DNA of 64,000 nucleotides from Candidatus Hydrogenedentota bacterium (GTDB taxonomy: Bacteria > Hydrogenedentota > Hydrogenedentia > Hydrogenedentales > JAEUWI01), in contig JAXMOL010000016.1 of assembly GCA_034669905.1 (NCBI GenBank), forward strand, positions 64,001 through 128,000. Direction: 5' to 3'. The notes under the pieces are model-generated. The model was not told the DNA's origin and did no database searches. It was given only the letters and a program-made list of their open reading frames with translations. This document shows positions 17,981 through 27,209 of the stretch, in pieces. The position numbers were made by a program, and so were the translations under genes. Numbering within the stretch: position 1 is the stretch's first letter; every line of letters starts with the position of its first letter.

Positions 17981-20900
17981 TCAAGCCTCTTCGGAATCTG
18001 ACGTCGGTGACGGGTCCGAAAAGTATTTCACCAACGTGATACGTTGACGCCCTTCGCGGTCCGTATCATAGCCGATGTGATCGAAACTCCGATTCATGAT
18101 GTAGAGCCCGTAGCCGCCTTCGCGAAAGCTGCCGGCATAGGGCAATTGGACGGCCCGGGGCAAGAAGGGTACACCGGTGTGACAGATCCCGATGTGCAGG
18201 CGATTTCGGACGCACAAGAGTTCCAGGGTAATCGGATCGCCCTGCCCATCGGCATGACGCATCGCATTGGACAAGGCCTCCACAAAGGCGAGAAGAATTC
18301 CGCTGACATCACCGTCACGATGGAGCAAGTGGGCATTGACCTTCAGGTAATCGGTCAGTAGCGTGCGGGCTTCTGACAGGGCGGATACCTCATGACCGAT
18401 TTCGGCGCGAAACGACGTGCCCTGACACGCCGGATTCATGGCGATTTTCACCGCCACCCCGGTCTGATCGTCTTCCGGCGTCTTCGCCCCCGAGAAACGC
18501 CCTACCGTCCAGATGACCCGCTCGGTCAAGGCCTCGGCATCCAGATTGGCGTAGGTCTTTATACACTGAATCAATCGCTCCACACCAAACATGGAGCCAT
18601 CGCTGTTCCGGGTTTCGGTAATGCCATCCGAATAAAAAAAGAACAAGTCCCCGGGGGCCATATCCGCCTCGAGCTCCACATAGTCTTCCTCCGCCACAAA
18701 GCCCATGGGCACATTCTCCCCCGCCAATAACGTCACCTCATCTTCCACCAGTCGATAACGAATGGTCTTGGTGTGCCCACAATCGACATAGCTGACACGC
18801 GAACGCTCCAGGTCAAAACGGGCATAACATAGCGTGAGGAAGCGCTCCAGTTCGATGAGTTGGCGCACGATCCCCTCGTGCACCGCCGTCACCAGATCCT
18901 TGGGAGAGGGGTTCCTCCCATCGGAACGGGCCGACAATTGGGTCGTGTGCGCCTGGAGGAAATGGCTCTTGGCGCCAGCGCCCACCAGCGCCGCCAGAAT
19001 CCCCTTTCCCATGACGTCGCCCACCAGCACGTCAAAACAGCGGGGTCCCAGCCGTACAAAGTCCGCGAAGTCCCCGTCCATGTGTAGCGTCGCCTCACTG
19101 GAAACGGCAATATCGACGCCCTCAATCGTCGTCGGCGGACGGCCGCGCAGCAGGGTCTCTTCGATACGGGTTTCGATTTCTCGTTCGTAGTTGTGCGCTT
19201 CTTCCAACGCCTGGTCGGAAGCCTTACGGGCCGAAATATCTTCGACAATCGACCAGATGTATTCATCCCCGTCTGAACCTACGACCAGGCTGCCATTCAA
19301 TAGCACCGGTATCCGTCGTCCGCTCTTGTGGATGTATTCCTTTTCGTAGGGACCATAGCGCCCCGTCTCCCGCATGGAACGCAGTTGCTCCGCTTCCTGC
19401 TCGGCAAATTCTTCCGGCGTCACATCCCAATAGGTCAGGACTTGGGCTTCGTCTTCGGTGTAACCGATGATATTCAAATACGCATCGTTTGCCTGCAAAT
19501 AGGTGCCATCCATCTGGCACAACACGAAGCCCAAGGGGGCCTCTTCGAACATGAGACGAAACATGTCCTGAGAAAAGCGCAGGGCTTCTTCGGTCTTTTT
19601 CAGCCGCGTTATGTCCAGGTGCGTACCCGTGGCACGGGCGGCCCGGCCTGGTTCACTCCAGTCAACAACCTTGCCCCGGTTCAAGATCCAGAACCAATCC
19701 CCTGACTTGGATCGCATCCGATATTCCATCTCAAAGATGGGCAAGTCGCCCTTGAGAAAAGAACGCAACACGGGCTGGGCCTCGTTGAAATCGTCTGGAT
19801 GGATGAGCCGTTGCCAGGCAATGGGAGTGCCCTCGATCTCTTCCAGGGAATAGCCCAACATCATCGCCCACCGCGCATTGAAGACCACCTTCTTGTCCGT
19901 CAGGTCCCAATCCCACAGCCCCAGGCCACCGCCATCCAGCGCAAGCTCCAGGCGTTCTTCTGACGCCCGAAGCTGGGCCTCGATTCGAGCCCGCTCAATG
20001 GCCGCCCCCAAGGCCAGCGCCGCCGTGCGCAGGGCATCCACCTCGGATTGGGGCCAGCGACGGGGGCCATCGCACACGTCAATCCCCAGAAATCCCCACC
20101 ATTCCGTTTGCACAAACACCGGCAACACAATGGTACTCGTGGTACCCCGGGCCACAAGGTGACGCCGCTCCACTTTGGGAAAGGAGCGCACGTTGCCCAC
20201 GATCACGTCGCCGCGATGAAGCAGCTCCTCCCAGCGCTGAAGTCCGGCATCCCGATACGAAACTTCGGTCCAGGAAATCTTGTGAGTCCGGACCCTATCG
20301 GGCGCCTCCCAGAAATAATCCTCCACGGCATAGCGATTTCCCGCGTCATCGTGCGCATTTCGACACAGATACACCCGGCTGGTCTTCGTTGCATTGCCCA
20401 GGGCCGCCAGAATTTCAGATACCGCCCCAAACCCTTCGCTCAGGGCAAGCAAATGGCGCGCCGCATAGGCCAGGGACCCCAGAATGGCGTCCCGCCGCCA
20501 GAGTTCCTCCTCGGTCTGAATACGACTCTGCAGCTCCTGCCGCGCGGCCGACAAGTCCAGTTCCGTGCGGGCGCTCTGCATCAGGATGGCCATCAAAGGA
20601 CGTGTCGCGATCTCATAGGCCTGACGCCGTCCCTCCCAGAAGACATACAAGGTAAGCAAGGGAGCCACCAGGAGGGACAGGAATAGTCGACTGAGCAGAC
20701 TACCCTGCAGAATCCCGGCATATTCTGGCTGTCCCCCAAAAGCCCCGCTTGCATAGATGACCGTATCCAGGGACAAGGCTACCCAAAGGCAAACGAAAAT
20801 TCGAACGATCAGAAGCGTTGATCGGGCGTAACGGTTGCAGAGTTCCCACAACATGGCGAGACAAAGAAAGTCTATCAGCAATGCCGCAGTGGAGACGAGG

Positions 20901-21298
20901 TAGGCATGGGGTGGACCTACGATGATGCGCTCGGCCAAAGGCGGGTCGATGATGGACAACTGATAACGAAACAGATAGGCGAGCCCTGGCCCCAGCACCG
21001 AGACGGCCAGCACGGTGTAAATACCCAATTGGGTAGCCTTTACCCCGTCAAAGGTATAGAGCAGGAAAATACCCAACAAGATGGACGTGAGGAATACGAC
21101 GGAGCCCAGATGAAAGGTCAGGCCCGCAACACGGTAGAAAATTCCCGCGTCGGCCGTCCAGCGAAGGGCAGAAGTCAGCACCCCCAGAATGACGTAATAG
21201 GGTACGAGCGTATACCGCCGTCGCGCCGCGTGCACGGCAAAGACGATGAAGTAGACGATAATGGCTTCCAGTACCAGGAGCAGGAGCCCTGTCGACAT
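17981..21298 (-). CDS. membrane sensor: Vut_1-like TM domain + GAF + 2 PAS + SpoIIE (PP2C) phosphatase + RsbW-like HATPase
   Basis: GAF (WWGFLGID..RRW..EVDAL), PAS (GLWDWD...THLDIT; EEAPLG...VEDIS), SpoIIE (GDF.D, GDVMGKG, YSDGITE, DD.T), HATPase (EALSNAMRHA, GGYGLYIM). Confidence 0.88.
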   Translation of the reverse strand: MSTGLLLLVLEAIIVYFIVFAVHAARRRYTLVPYYVILGVLTSALRWTADAGIFYRVAGLTFHLGSVVFLTSILLGIFLLYTFDGVKATQLGIYTVLAVSVLGPGLAYLFRYQLSIIDPPLAERIIVGPPHAYLVSTAALLIDFLCLAMLWELCNRYARSTLLIVRIFVCLWVALSLDTVIYASGAFGGQPEYAGILQGSLLSRLFLSLLVAPLLTLYVFWEGRRQAYEIATRPLMAILMQSARTELDLSAARQELQSRIQTEEELWRRDAILGSLAYAARHLLALSEGFGAVSEILAALGNATKTSRVYLCRNAHDDAGNRYAVEDYFWEAPDRVRTHKISWTEVSYRDAGLQRWEELLHRGDVIVGNVRSFPKVERRHLVARGTTSTIVLPVFVQTEWWGFLGIDVCDGPRRWPQSEVDALRTAALALGAAIERARIEAQLRASEERLELALDGGGLGLWDWDLTDKKVVFNARWAMMLGYSLEEIEGTPIAWQRLIHPDDFNEAQPVLRSFLKGDLPIFEMEYRMRSKSGDWFWILNRGKVVDWSEPGRAARATGTHLDITRLKKTEEALRFSQDMFRLMFEEAPLGFVLCQMDGTYLQANDAYLNIIGYTEDEAQVLTYWDVTPEEFAEQEAEQLRSMRETGRYGPYEKEYIHKSGRRIPVLLNGSLVVGSDGDEYIWSIVEDISARKASDQALEEAHNYEREIETRIEETLLRGRPPTTIEGVDIAVSSEATLHMDGDFADFVRLGPRCFDVLVGDVMGKGILAALVGAGAKSHFLQAHTTQLSARSDGRNPSPKDLVTAVHEGIVRQLIELERFLTLCYARFDLERSRVSYVDCGHTKTIRYRLVEDEVTLLAGENVPMGFVAEEDYVELEADMAPGDLFFFYSDGITETRNSDGSMFGVERLIQCIKTYANLDAEALTERVIWTVGRFSGAKTPEDDQTGVAVKIAMNPACQGTSFRAEIGHEVSALSEARTLLTDYLKVNAHLLHRDGDVSGILLAFVEALSNAMRHADGQGDPITLELLCVRNRLHIGICHTGVPFLPRAVQLPYAGSFREGGYGLYIMNRSFDHIGYDTDREGRQRITLVKYFSDPSPTSDSEEA

Positions 21299-21414
21299 GC
21301 CGTCCTTCCTCTCAGGTACCTGGACGCAGGCACCGCCCCACGTCACCTACAGGCGTTACGCATGGGTCTAGCATACGACGCACGACGGCCCACACGCAAC
21401 GCCCGGCAACGAAA

Positions 21415-21449
21415 TCGCGGGCCAACGTCGATGAGACGTTGGCCCGCGA
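21415..21449 (-). terminator. intrinsic terminator of the PEP-CTERM gene
   Basis: TCGCGGGCCAACGTC-GATGA-GACGTTGGCCCGCGA 15-bp perfect stem. Confidence 0.75.
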
Positions 21450-21479
21450 AATTAACGTACTGGTGACGGTTCGTCGTGC

Positions 21480-22286
21480 CTAGACGACGCCAGAACGCTT
21501 CCGGAGTGCCAGGAACGCCGTGCCCATACCCAGGAGTACCATCGTGGCCGGCTCAGGGATGGGCGCCTGCGGGTTCGGGTCCGGAGGCGTACCCATCGGT
21601 TTCCCGATAAAGGCGTCCGATTGACCACCTGCGCCGATGCTGCGAATGTGCAGCCCCACACGGAAATCCGCGCCAAAGTCATTCCCGGGCGGCGGGGTCA
21701 CGGCAGCAAGGAAATCGGCCGGACTGACTAGCAGGTCATAAGCCAGAATCAAATTCTCACCCGCATTCAGCCCCGTGCTGTTGTTGCCGGTAAGCCCGGC
21801 GCTCAGCGCAGGATTGGCCGTAAATACCGGATCGAGCGCGTTCCCGGAAGGAAGATTCCCGGGACTTACGCCGCCAATGGCAAAGTCCACATCGCCTGGA
21901 TTCGCTTCCAGCACGCCAAAGACGGTGCCGTTCTCAATAACGCGGGTCGCGGCGTCCACATAGGAGCCCCGCTCTTTCACGCCACCTTCATCAAAGTAGA
22001 TCTCGGCAATCGAAGAAGACGAACTGGAGCGGTTGACAAATTCGAAATACACCGTGCTCTCATCCGCACTCAACGAAATCGCCAGCACAATATCCAGCGT
22101 GTCCAAATCCGCCTGCGTCGAGTTGGGCAGACCGCCCGCATCATTCACGCAGAACCCCATGAAAATTGCACTACTCGTATCCGTTAGAAAATCATCCAAC
22201 GTAATATGCGAGGCACTGGCTGTACCGCACACGGCAAGCGCCGCGAATACCAGTCCCTTCAACGCGTTTCCCAACCCTGATTTCAT
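21480..22286 (-). CDS. PEP-CTERM sorting domain-containing protein
   Basis: N-terminal signal peptide; C-terminal IPEPATMVLLGMGTAFLALRKR. Confidence 0.92.
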   Translation of the reverse strand: MKSGLGNALKGLVFAALAVCGTASASHITLDDFLTDTSSAIFMGFCVNDAGGLPNSTQADLDTLDIVLAISLSADESTVYFEFVNRSSSSSSIAEIYFDEGGVKERGSYVDAATRVIENGTVFGVLEANPGDVDFAIGGVSPGNLPSGNALDPVFTANPALSAGLTGNNSTGLNAGENLILAYDLLVSPADFLAAVTPPPGNDFGADFRVGLHIRSIGAGGQSDAFIGKPMGTPPDPNPQAPIPEPATMVLLGMGTAFLALRKRSGVV

Positions 22287-22392
22287 CACACACGGTTCCT
22301 TTCTGTTACCGGACGCCACCATTTTGCGCCCTCAATGCCCTGCCCCCCCTGCCGAATCCCATACGGACGGGGATAACTGAGAACTTTAATAA

Positions 22393-22407
22393 GCATTAAT
22401 CATGCCA
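22393..22407 (-). promoter_or_regulatory. sigma54 (-24/-12) promoter of the PEP-CTERM gene
   Basis: Minus strand TGGCAT-GATTA-ATGC (GG-N10-GC). Confidence 0.7.
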
Positions 22408-22719
22408 CCGGATTACTACCCCCAACCCCCAGTCGTACTTCCGTTAACGTGACCCGAAGCGCCCATTCTCCGCTGAATTTCCCCCAGCCCCCTCGAAAAC
22501 GAAACGGTATACATCCATGTGTTATCGGGCATACCGTGTAAATTTCCCCACCACCCACCGTAATATCCCCCACCACAGCCCAAACCATCCGCATCACGCC
22601 ACGCCCCACGTGAACTTCCCGCACCACGAGCACGGCCCCAATCCGCGCAAAATATGGTCAGAAATGACAATTTTTTTCGCACAATATCTACCGCCGGGTA
22701 GGCCAATCCACCGAAGGGC

Positions 22720-22755
22720 AAAAAAAAGAGACCGAAACAGGACGTTTCGGTCTCT
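22720..22755 (-). terminator. intrinsic terminator after tRNA
   Basis: Minus strand AGAGACCGAAAC-loop-GTTTCGGTCTCT followed by a T run. Confidence 0.9.
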
Positions 22756-22762
22756 AGAAGTT

Positions 22763-22838
22763 TGGTGGAGGTAAGCGGGATCGAACCGCTGACCTCATGA
22801 CTGCCAGTCATGCGCTCTACCAACTGAGCTATACCCCC
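22763..22838 (-). tRNA. tRNA-Ala (GGC)
   Basis: GGGGGTATAGCTCAGTTGGTAGAGCGCATGACTGGCAGTCATGAGGTCAGCGGTTCGATCCCGCTTACCTCCACCA; G3:U70 pair; encoded CCA. Confidence 0.98.
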
Positions 22839-22877
22839 CAAAAACAGGCACACACAGCCTTGGCTGAATGTGAGCAC

Positions 22878-22907
22878 ATTATAAAAAAACTTTCGGGGGC
22901 ATGTCAA
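22878..22907 (-). promoter_or_regulatory. consensus sigma70 promoter of the tRNA
   Basis: Minus strand TTGACA-N18-TATAAT. Confidence 0.85.
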
Positions 22908-22980
22908 GCGTTGGACGGAATTTTTCGACTAAATCTCTGACCAAAACCCGTTGATTGTCCCGGATTGGGGCACCTTCACG

Positions 22981-24177
22981 TCATCGTGCCGGATTTTCGT
23001 ACCACACCACCCCGAGCAATTCCCGTTCTTCACAGGTGAGTACGTCCAGGTCACCGTCCCCATCAAAATCGTGCAGGACCACCAGGTCATATTTGGTGCC
23101 GGTCAGACCACCGATCGTTTGGGCGTTCCAGTGGCCCTGCGCATCGGTCTGCAACCAGAAGACCCCCTGTTTCCCTTCCGCGTTCTCGCAGGAAATGACG
23201 AGGTCGTCCACGCCATCGAGATCCAGATCCCCCGTGGCAATCCCCTTCCCCGTGCCCACGTCGGCGGGCATGGCTATCTCGGTCACTTCCCAGGTCGCAG
23301 GATCCTGCCGGGCAAAACGAAGTATGCCGCCATCCCGGGTCGTGCACCACCCACGGCGGGGCGCTCCGGAATCCTCCACCTCCATATGGAGAAACATAAC
23401 CTCCCGTCCGGCACCCCCGATTTCGTGGTCACGCCACCGTGCGCTAAGTGCTTGCGCGTCGTGGCCGGGATGTTCGAGCCATCCCATCTTGCGCTGCGCC
23501 CCCCGGCGGTCGGTGTAGACGATGTCCTGCAGGCCGTCGCCGTTCATATCGTGCAGTTCGAGGGACATAATCCACGCGGCATCGCGGATGGGATGCCACT
23601 GCCACGCCGCCAGGTCGCGGGGTGTTGCAGGGGCTTCAAACCAGCCAATGGCGGCCCCGTCTCCCTTGGCGCCCGCGACAAGGTCGAGGCGGCCATCGCC
23701 GTTCACATCGAAGGGCACGCTGAACATCCACTTCGCACGGTTCGCCGCGGCCGGCAGCGCTTCGGTCGTCCACGCCGCGCCGTCCTGCATCCTGGCCTTT
23801 TCCACCGGCGCCCAGTGAAACCAGATCTGTTGGGTCTTCCCTTCGCTGCAACTCACCACATCGACCGCGCCGTCCCCATCCATATCGCCCATGACGGCAT
23901 CCTCCGGCGAGCCCACGGAACCCACCACAATCTGTGGCCAGGGGGCCTTGGCCTTTTCGGTGCCGGGATTGAGGTAGACCCGGATGGAGCCCCCTTCTTC
24001 CCAGCCCGTGGCGATGTCGGGCAAGCCGTCGCCATTCATGTCGGCAAGGCGGACGCCATCGGCCCCTTCGGAGCCGTTGTCGATGGTATGCATGGGCCAC
24101 GGTGTGCCGGTGGGCTCGGTGGGGAGAGGAATTTCGGTGGCCCCGAGGGAAACGAGGATAACTAGGGTCAACAACAT
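22981..24177 (-). CDS. secreted FG-GAP/VCBS repeat protein
   Basis: Repeated D[MVLF][ND]GDG..D motifs; signal peptide. Confidence 0.9.
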   Translation of the reverse strand: MLLTLVILVSLGATEIPLPTEPTGTPWPMHTIDNGSEGADGVRLADMNGDGLPDIATGWEEGGSIRVYLNPGTEKAKAPWPQIVVGSVGSPEDAVMGDMDGDGAVDVVSCSEGKTQQIWFHWAPVEKARMQDGAAWTTEALPAAANRAKWMFSVPFDVNGDGRLDLVAGAKGDGAAIGWFEAPATPRDLAAWQWHPIRDAAWIMSLELHDMNGDGLQDIVYTDRRGAQRKMGWLEHPGHDAQALSARWRDHEIGGAGREVMFLHMEVEDSGAPRRGWCTTRDGGILRFARQDPATWEVTEIAMPADVGTGKGIATGDLDLDGVDDLVISCENAEGKQGVFWLQTDAQGHWNAQTIGGLTGTKYDLVVLHDFDGDGDLDVLTCEERELLGVVWYENPAR

Positions 24178-24487
24178 GATTCAGGCTCCATTGGCCAACG
24201 GCCCCGCGCCGCGGCAGCGGCCAGTATAGCGAAGGAGGCAGCATCAGGCCAGCGCGGGTGTCCCTGCGGCAACTTTCAGAAAAATATTTTTCGCCACGAA
24301 GGCACGAAGAGCACGAAGCATTCATGGACGTAGCAACCGTTCATTGGTTGCAATGAATTCCCTTTCGTTTCTGCGGTACGGGGTCGCTATGTTCAGCCCA
24401 GTTTGACCCGCTTTCTGCCCCCAGAAACTTCAAGGCGATTCGCGGTATAGTATTGAATAGGAGATAACAAGCGAAAGGGGCTGTCTT

Positions 24488-25222
24488 ATGATGAAATATC
24501 TTCGCAATTGGATTCGGTGCTGCGTACTGGCGCTCTGCCTTTTCACGATTCCACTGCATGCCGCCGATGATGGGGATCTAAGCGTGGCCGAGGGCGAGCG
24601 GTGTAATGACCGACTCATTGTGCCGGACGAACGTGTCGGGCCTATCAACTGGCAGACGACTTTTGAAGACCTGGTCGCCTGTTTTGGACGTGATCAGGTT
24701 GTCGTTGATCAGATAAATACCGGCGAGGGCGATACGGAGCTGGGTGTCGTGGTCTTCCCGAAGGATCCGGAGAAGCGCCTGGATATCGTGTGGCGGTTCC
24801 CGGAGGAACAACGATGGCCGTCAGAAATCTCCATTTATGGAACAAAATCCGAGTGGAAGACGAAGGAAGGAGTCACGCTCGGAACCACCTTGCGGGAGTT
24901 GGAGGTGCTCAATACAATGCCCTTCCACCTTGTCGGCTTTGGCCACGATTGGGCAGGCGTTGTGGTGGATCGCGGTAAAGGCTCCTTAGTCTTGCTTGGC
25001 CCTCCAGAGGGCGCGCATGATTCTGCCCGAAGGCGGCCCATTACGATTTCCCTTCACCCTGACTACAGTCGGAACGGAGAGACTATACGAAGGCTGCGCC
25101 GTCAGGTGGGCAGTGACCGATCCTTTTCCTCGGGCCATCCGGCCATGCAGGCGCTCGCACCGACGGTCCAATGGATACGGGTTTCGATATTTAAGGCACC
25201 GGAGATAGATGCGGAAGAGTAG
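24488..25222 (+). CDS. hypothetical secreted protein
   Basis: Signal peptide ending LHA; 244-aa ORF. Confidence 0.75.
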   Translation: MMKYLRNWIRCCVLALCLFTIPLHAADDGDLSVAEGERCNDRLIVPDERVGPINWQTTFEDLVACFGRDQVVVDQINTGEGDTELGVVVFPKDPEKRLDIVWRFPEEQRWPSEISIYGTKSEWKTKEGVTLGTTLRELEVLNTMPFHLVGFGHDWAGVVVDRGKGSLVLLGPPEGAHDSARRRPITISLHPDYSRNGETIRRLRRQVGSDRSFSSGHPAMQALAPTVQWIRVSIFKAPEIDAEE

Positions 25223-25385
25223 ATTCTTAGACGAATAAGGGGGCGGTGATCAGTCTAGGGAAGCAGATGCAACCCCCATCCTGCTCTGGGAGAATTAGCG
25301 ACCCCATGCAGGTCGTTCCGGTTTGACATTTCCCCCCTCATGTGAGAACCTTGATTGAGCGAATAATTCGCAGGAGTCTTGCCAA

Positions 25386-25706
25386 ATGCCGACCGATACC
25401 GTACACCTCACCGAGCGCGATGTGGCCACGATACAGCGCTATGTCGAACAGGGGCGTTTCCAATCCGCGAGCGACGTCGTCTCGGCAGGACTCCAATTGC
25501 TTGAAGCGTGCGACCGGGATGAGGCCTCCAAACTGGAGCAGTTGCGGGTAGCTGCCCAAAAAGGAATTGACGATTTGGAGGCGGGACGCTATACGGAGGT
25601 GGATAGCCGCGAGGAATTGGACGAATATTTGGCTTCCATCCGGGAACGGGGGATGGCGCGGCTGAAAGAATCGGGGATTGATGCAAAGGCGCTTGAGGCT
25701 CAGTAG
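25386..25706 (+). CDS. parD: type II antitoxin, ParD family (RHH)
   Basis: V..GRF.SASDVV.AGL.LLE...KLE.LR...KG..D motif; AGGAG RBS; TTGACA upstream. Confidence 0.88.
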   Translation: MPTDTVHLTERDVATIQRYVEQGRFQSASDVVSAGLQLLEACDRDEASKLEQLRVAAQKGIDDLEAGRYTEVDSREELDEYLASIRERGMARLKESGIDAKALEAQ

Positions 25707-26052
25707 AGAGGCGGACGAGGATCAGATTGAAATCTGGTGCTACACGGCGACGACCTTTGGTTTGAATCAGGCCGAACGCTACGAACAATTGATCGGGCAG
25801 GCCTTCCGCGACATTGCTGACGATCCGCTTCGCAACGGTGCCGTGCTTAGAGCAGAGATTGCGCCGGGCCTCTACAGCTATCCCATCTCCCTGAGTGCCA
25901 AACGCAGCGGGACAAGTATCCACCAGGCCCCTCATTTTGTGCTCTATCTGGTCTTGTCCGATGAGGAAATTGGCGTGAGCCGGGTACTCCACCAATCCAT
26001 GGAAATCGCGCGGAACATCCCGGATACTCACAAGCGCGGAGTTATCGAGTAG
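25681..26052 (+). CDS. parE: type II toxin, ParE/RelE family
   Basis: LS.EA.ED..EIW.YT...FG..QAERY, H.VLY, RVLHQSM; overlaps the antitoxin. Confidence 0.9.
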   Translation: MQRRLRLSREADEDQIEIWCYTATTFGLNQAERYEQLIGQAFRDIADDPLRNGAVLRAEIAPGLYSYPISLSAKRSGTSIHQAPHFVLYLVLSDEEIGVSRVLHQSMEIARNIPDTHKRGVIE

Positions 26053-26227
26053 ACACTGAGCGTGGGATGAGCGCAACGGATCGATGGGGCACGGGTAAAA
26101 CCTACCGGGCCTACCCGTGGCACCCAAGGTTCGCCTTTTCTTGCGACGGCTTCAATATGTGCCGAGGTTCTGGAGTGGTGACTTCGATTGCCCAACACCG
26201 GGCTCTACTGCTGAAATTTCGCTCTCC

Positions 26228-26947
26228 TTATCCCTCAGGATAAAACACGTCTTCCAGCGAATTGTTCACGCCGGGCGCACCCATGAAGGGCAGGTTGCGG
26301 CCGGTCATGATGGCGTCCATGGCCTTGACCTCTTCCCGGCTGATTTCCTTAATATCCCCGTGCACAATGGCGCTGTGGATGTGGAGGGAAGTCATCTCCA
26401 GGAGTTCCGTGTTCATCATGGTCCATTTGATGTCCAGGGGGCTCAAGATCACGAGGCCGTGGTTCTCCATGAGGAAGGCATTGTATTTCTGGAGGAAGGG
26501 CAGGAAGTTATCGGCCAGTTCCTGGGTCAGGGGCTGTGCGAAGGGCACGACGGGCACGGGGCCCACTTCCGTGATCGTCTCGGGGAAAAGGGGGCGCATG
26601 AGGTGGTTTTCGCCCTTGGTGATGGTGAAGGCGTTGGTGTAGGGCGGGTGGCAATGGACCACCGATTGGACGTCGGGCCGCTCGTTGAAGAAGTTGAGGT
26701 ACATGGGGGTCTCACCCGTGGGGCGATTCTTGCCTTCGAGCTTTTCGCCCTTCAGGTTGATGAAGACCACGTCATCCAGTTGGATGTCGCCCTTGTTCAT
26801 CTGGGTGGGTGTGATGAGGAGCACGTTGTCTTCCATCTTCCACGCGGCATTGCCACCGAAGCCGGTGACGTATTTGTTGGCGGCCAACTGGTGGCAGACG
26901 CCGACGAAGGTCTTGATTTGGGAGGCGTATTTTTCGAAAAGGCTCAT
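26228..26947 (-). CDS. class II aldolase/adducin family protein
   Basis: GGN, ITPT, PTGE, VVHCHPPY, LMENHG (Zn-binding His triad). Confidence 0.92.
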   Translation of the reverse strand: MSLFEKYASQIKTFVGVCHQLAANKYVTGFGGNAAWKMEDNVLLITPTQMNKGDIQLDDVVFINLKGEKLEGKNRPTGETPMYLNFFNERPDVQSVVHCHPPYTNAFTITKGENHLMRPLFPETITEVGPVPVVPFAQPLTQELADNFLPFLQKYNAFLMENHGLVILSPLDIKWTMMNTELLEMTSLHIHSAIVHGDIKEISREEVKAMDAIMTGRNLPFMGAPGVNNSLEDVFYPEG

Positions 26948-27042
26948 GATTTTTTCCTGGTTATTAAAGGACCTAAAGGACTATTAGGACGTAAGGGACG
27001 TATTTTTCGGGTAGCAGAGATTAAAGTAGCGCCGTGGCACAT

Positions 27043-27127
27043 GTCATCCCCGCGAAGGCGGGGATCCAGTAACGCGGACGAAGTACTCCCCGATACCCAC
27101 TGGATTCCCGCCTGCGCGGGAATGACG
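27043..27127. repeat. CGTC-tagged REP doublet, copy 2 (inverted relative to copy 1)
   Basis: Reverse complement matches 8712-8795 including inner flanks TGGGTAT and CGCGTTACTGG. Confidence 0.9.
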
Positions 27128-27209
27128 GTATCAGCGAAGAAGCCGTACGCGACCGGTACACGGAGTTGACGATTGCTTGTCTTCGACACGGACTCAACGC
27201 CCCCCCCTC

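Noticed and set aside
22763..22838. tRNA as an island integration site
   Set aside because: No integrase and no duplicated tRNA 3' end seen in the window
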